40,496 nt of DNA, taken from positions 1-40,496 of the forward strand of contig JAEWHB010000225.1 of assembly GCA_023388015.1 (NCBI GenBank), written 5' to 3'. Both the position numbers and the translations under genes were made by a program. Of this stretch, positions 37,289-40,496 are shown in pieces; within the stretch, counting starts at the first letter, position 1, and each line of letters starts with the position of its first letter. Source of the DNA: Bacteroidota bacterium. Its GTDB lineage: Bacteria; Bacteroidota; Bacteroidia; Flavobacteriales; Weeksellaceae. The notes under the pieces are model-generated. The model worked only from the letters and a program-made list of their open reading frames with translations, was not told the DNA's origin and did not search any database.

Positions 37289-38926
37289 ATGTATGTAAAT
37301 AGGTTGGTTTTACCAAATAAGGTTTTTAATTCTTATTTAATTCTTTGCTGCGTTATGTTTTGGGGCTTGGCGGCAGCACAAACCGTGACCATCCAGACGA
37401 TTAACGAGAAATTTGAAGAAGCAGCTCAATACGCCCATTCCGCAAATCCCGAAAAGGCGATTCCGCTTTTAGAAGAAATTAAAAAAGACGCTGAATCAAT
37501 TAATTACAAAGCCGGAATCACCCGGGTCGGCTATAACCTGGCCATTATTTATTTCAATAGTACAAATTACAATAAAGTCATCAATTTGGACGATGAATTC
37601 CAGAAAATCGGTAATGAAATCAATGACTTTGAAAGCGTTTCGCACATTCACCGACTCAAAGGTTGTGCTTATTCAGAATTGGGGCTTTTGAGCAAAGGAA
37701 ACGGCGAATATGATCTGGCGCTGAAATATGCCAACAGAATGAAACCGGGCAACAACAAACAATATGCATTGAGCCTGATTTACAGCAATTTGGCCAATCA
37801 TTATATGAAAGATACGGCGCCACAGGATTCGATTTTTTCCTATATCAACAAATGCATTGAAGCCGCTGAAAAAATTGACGAAACAGATGAGGTCAACCTT
37901 TCAAAAAAATACAGCCTGATTGCCTATTCTTACATCATTATGGCCAACGAATATGAAGCAGTAGGAAATGCGGTATTGGCTGAAAATTATTATCTGAAAT
38001 CACTTGAAATTCATAACAGTAAATCCGTCCCACTCGTTGAAAGAGTTATTTTGTTGAATCAATTGGGCAAATTTTATTTGGAACAAAAGGATTATGAAAA
38101 ATCGGTAAAATATGCCGAAGAAGGAATTGCCATTGAGAAAAAATCAAGCATCCCTCAATTGCGAAGAGATCTTTTTGAAGTTTTGTCTAAATCTTATTTG
38201 GAATTGCATGAAACTGAAAAATCAAAAAATTACCTGAGATTGTTTACTTCGCTCAACGATAGCCTTTTAAACATCAACAGAAAAGCAGTTGATGCCACTT
38301 TGAACAAAACAATTTCAAGGCAAGAGGAACTACAATTAAACAACAGCAGCAAACAAGCCATTATTTATTCTTTGGTCGGAATCGTTTTACTTGCCTTCGG
38401 AATCTTTTTCTTTCTGTACTATCGAAAGCAAAGACAGATCAAAAAAATCGAAAGAATTCTGGAACAACTTAATACCAAACAAAGTCAGGCAGATTCAACT
38501 TTGATGGTCAAACCAAAACCTGTCAAGGCGCAAGAAAAAGAGGAGAAAACACCCATTATGCCTGCCGAAGCAGAAGAAAAACTTTTGGAAAAACTTCATG
38601 AATTCGAAAACAAACAGCTTTTTCTGGAACGTAAAGTTTCATTGCCCTATGTAGCAGCCGAAATCGAAACCAACACAAAATATTTATCCTACATCATTAA
38701 AAAACACAAAGAAAAAGATTTCAATGAATACATTAATGATTTAAGGATCAATTATATAGTTCAAAAAATAACCAACGAACCTGTTTACCGACAATACAAA
38801 ATAAATGCACTCGCAGAAGAATCAGGTTTTTCGTCCCATTCTAAATTTGCAACCGTTTTCAAAGCAACCATCGGAGTTTCTCCGTCTGAATTCATCAAAT
38901 ATTTTCAGCAAAATGAAAAGGTGTAA
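37289..38926 (+). CDS. Membrane-anchored TPR-AraC transcriptional regulator
   Basis: Signal peptide, TPRs, TM (IIYSLVGIVLLAFGIFFFLYY), AraC (TNTKYLSYII...LAEESGFSSHSKFATVFK). First ATG is at 37289; the exact start is uncertain. Confidence 0.9.
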   Translation: MYVNRLVLPNKVFNSYLILCCVMFWGLAAAQTVTIQTINEKFEEAAQYAHSANPEKAIPLLEEIKKDAESINYKAGITRVGYNLAIIYFNSTNYNKVINLDDEFQKIGNEINDFESVSHIHRLKGCAYSELGLLSKGNGEYDLALKYANRMKPGNNKQYALSLIYSNLANHYMKDTAPQDSIFSYINKCIEAAEKIDETDEVNLSKKYSLIAYSYIIMANEYEAVGNAVLAENYYLKSLEIHNSKSVPLVERVILLNQLGKFYLEQKDYEKSVKYAEEGIAIEKKSSIPQLRRDLFEVLSKSYLELHETEKSKNYLRLFTSLNDSLLNINRKAVDATLNKTISRQEELQLNNSSKQAIIYSLVGIVLLAFGIFFFLYYRKQRQIKKIERILEQLNTKQSQADSTLMVKPKPVKAQEKEEKTPIMPAEAEEKLLEKLHEFENKQLFLERKVSLPYVAAEIETNTKYLSYIIKKHKEKDFNEYINDLRINYIVQKITNEPVYRQYKINALAEESGFSSHSKFATVFKATIGVSPSEFIKYFQQNEKV

Positions 38927-39003
38927 TGAGAAGTTAAAAAAAGCACCAGACATCCCTCCGGGATGAAATTCAATTATCGAAATTCGTATATCGAACTTCG
39001 AAT

Positions 39004-39108
39004 ATCCCTACGGGATGAAATTCATTTTGCAATTAATTATTTCTACCCAAGAAATGTTCCTACGGAACAATCTGCCAATGTGAAGTATTAAGAATTATCG
39101 AAGTTCGA
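39004..39108. repeat. 105-bp direct repeat with REP-like palindromes, copy 1 (copy 2 at 39343-39447; partial copy at 38945-38971)
   Basis: atccctacgggat and tgttcctacggaaca hairpins; 2 mismatches between copies by eye. Confidence 0.9.
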
Positions 39109-39124
39109 GGTTCGAATTTCGAAT

Positions 39125-39330
39125 TTCGAATAGCTATGTGCGCAAGCAACTATGAAAACTTCTGTTTGCTCATAAAAGTATTAAGACTGAAGTAAGTATT
39201 AAGACGGATTTTGTGTGCTTTGTGAAAATCCTTGTGCTTCTTGTGGTTAAAAAGCAGTAAGAAGAATTTTTAATTTTTACCCATAACCCTAAAGGGAATT
39301 AAAAATTCTTACGCCACTTCTGCCTAAGAT
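39125..39330 (-). repeat. Inverted copy of the composite repeat unit at about 30847-31080
   Basis: Reverse complement matches atctt..gtagaagtggcgtaagaattttt...aaccacaag...aaaatccgtcttaatac...tttatgagcaaacagaagttttcatagttgcttgcgcacatagctattcgaa, with a short internal deletion. Confidence 0.9.
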
Positions 39331-39342
39331 GGAAAACCAGAC

Positions 39343-39447
39343 ATCCCTACGGGATGAAATTCATTTTGCAATTAATTATTTCTACCCACGAAATGTTCCT
39401 ACGGAACAATCTGTCAATGTGAAGTATTAAGAATTATCGAAGTTCGA
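39343..39447. repeat. 105-bp direct repeat, copy 2
   Basis: Matches 39004-39108. Confidence 0.9.
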
Positions 39448-39505
39448 ACTTCGAATATTGTATAACGTAAATCTTTAATTTATCTTTAGGGGAAAAAATA
39501 AATCA

Positions 39506-40496
39506 ATGGAGCCACAAATCAAAGACCGGAGCATCCGAAACGCTGCCAGATTATTGACCTTGGTGTTGATAGTTGCCATTTGTTATGTGTTGCAGAGCAT
39601 TTTGGTCCCGATTTTATTTGCCGTTATCTTGTCGGTTTTATTGTTACCCTTGTGTGAAAGATTTGAAAAATGGGGCTTTAACCGTGCTTTTGCATCCCTT
39701 ACGGCGCTGATTCTTGCGATTCTGGTTTTGGTGGGAATCGGTTACCTCATCGTTTCCCAAACGCTCAATATCACCGAAGACGCTTCTGACATCGCCAATA
39801 AAATCAAGTCTTTGATCATGCGGATTCTGGAATGGACTTCCGATAAATTCAATATGTCCACCAACGAACTGATCCAACGGGCAGAAAGTGAAATGGGCAA
39901 CAGCGCCTCCACGATTGGCGGATTTGCCACTTCGGTTTTGAATTCCATCGGAAATTCGCTTGCGTACGGACTTTTGGTTCCTATTATGATCTTTTTCTTT
40001 TTGTATTACCGTGAATTTTTCAAGGAATTTTTCTTCCGTGTTTTTTCGGCTACACCTCAAGGAAAAATTGAAGAAGTACTGAGTAAAATTTATGATGTAT
40101 TGCAGAATTACCTCGTCGGACTGATTTCCGTAATGGGAATTGTTGCGGTTTTGAACACCATCGGACTGATGATCCTTGGAATCGAATATGCCTGGTTTTT
40201 CGGGATTTTAGCAGCTATGCTGACGATTTTTCCCTATGTCGGAATTTTCATCGGATCATTGATACCGGCCCTTTTTGCACTGGCTACCAAAGACAGCGCC
40301 TGGTATGCATTGGGCGTGGTTTTATGGTTCCAATTGGTTCAAACTTTGGAAGGAAACTTCATCACTCCAAAAATAGTGGGCGGAAAAGCCAGTTTAAATC
40401 CGCTCGTTTCGCTTTTGTCCTTTTTCCTAGGCGGAATGTTGTTCGGGATTTCGGGAATGATCCTCGCCCTTCCTTTGCTGGCGATGCTCAAAGTGA
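39506..40496 (+). CDS. AI-2E family transporter, 3'-truncated by window edge
   Basis: Not in the ORF track. Own translation MEPQIKDRSIRNAARLLTLVLIVAICYVLQSILVPILFAVILSVLLLPLCERFEK...FPYVGIFIG...VQTLEGNFITPKIVG...LNPL...GGMLFGISGMILALP. Confidence 0.9.
   Translation, partial: MEPQIKDRSIRNAARLLTLVLIVAICYVLQSILVPILFAVILSVLLLPLCERFEKWGFNRAFASLTALILAILVLVGIGYLIVSQTLNITEDASDIANKIKSLIMRILEWTSDKFNMSTNELIQRAESEMGNSASTIGGFATSVLNSIGNSLAYGLLVPIMIFFFLYYREFFKEFFFRVFSATPQGKIEEVLSKIYDVLQNYLVGLISVMGIVAVLNTIGLMILGIEYAWFFGILAAMLTIFPYVGIFIGSLIPALFALATKDSAWYALGVVLWFQLVQTLEGNFITPKIVGGKASLNPLVSLLSFFLGGMLFGISGMILALPLLAMLKV

Noticed and set aside
39644..40060. Minus-strand ORFs of 138 and 68 aa
   Set aside because: Shadows of the plus-strand AI-2E transporter starting at 39506.

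Overview
Bacteroidota (Flavobacteriales-like) chromosomal window; the taxon is inferred from T9SS C-terminal domains, TAnnTTTG-type promoters and protein families. Bases 864-17824 hold a minus-strand, largely AT-rich Wzx/Wzy surface-polysaccharide locus: flippase, GH88/105-like hydrolase, pyruvyltransferase, GT2/GT4 enzymes, EpsG, CapK-like ligase and Wzy-like proteins. Its distal end is scarred, with two truncated copies of a GT4 5' end, one fused to a Wzy-like C-terminal fragment, flanking an antisense small protein with a PID/PEP-CTERM-like tail. Bases 18140-38926 hold three modules in which a membrane-anchored TPR-AraC regulator sits beside secreted adhesin-like genes. These are interrupted by a TlpA-like thioredoxin and gltX. 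A composite palindromic repeat occurs three times in tandem after gltX and once inverted about 8 kb away, bracketing a TPR-AraC/T9SS/PID-CTERM cassette. Degenerate heptamer tracts and a candidate pseudoknotted structured element (2233-2386) are also present. The window begins inside a DUF6263-like gene and ends inside an AI-2E transporter. All family calls come from motif recognition by eye; no searches were run.
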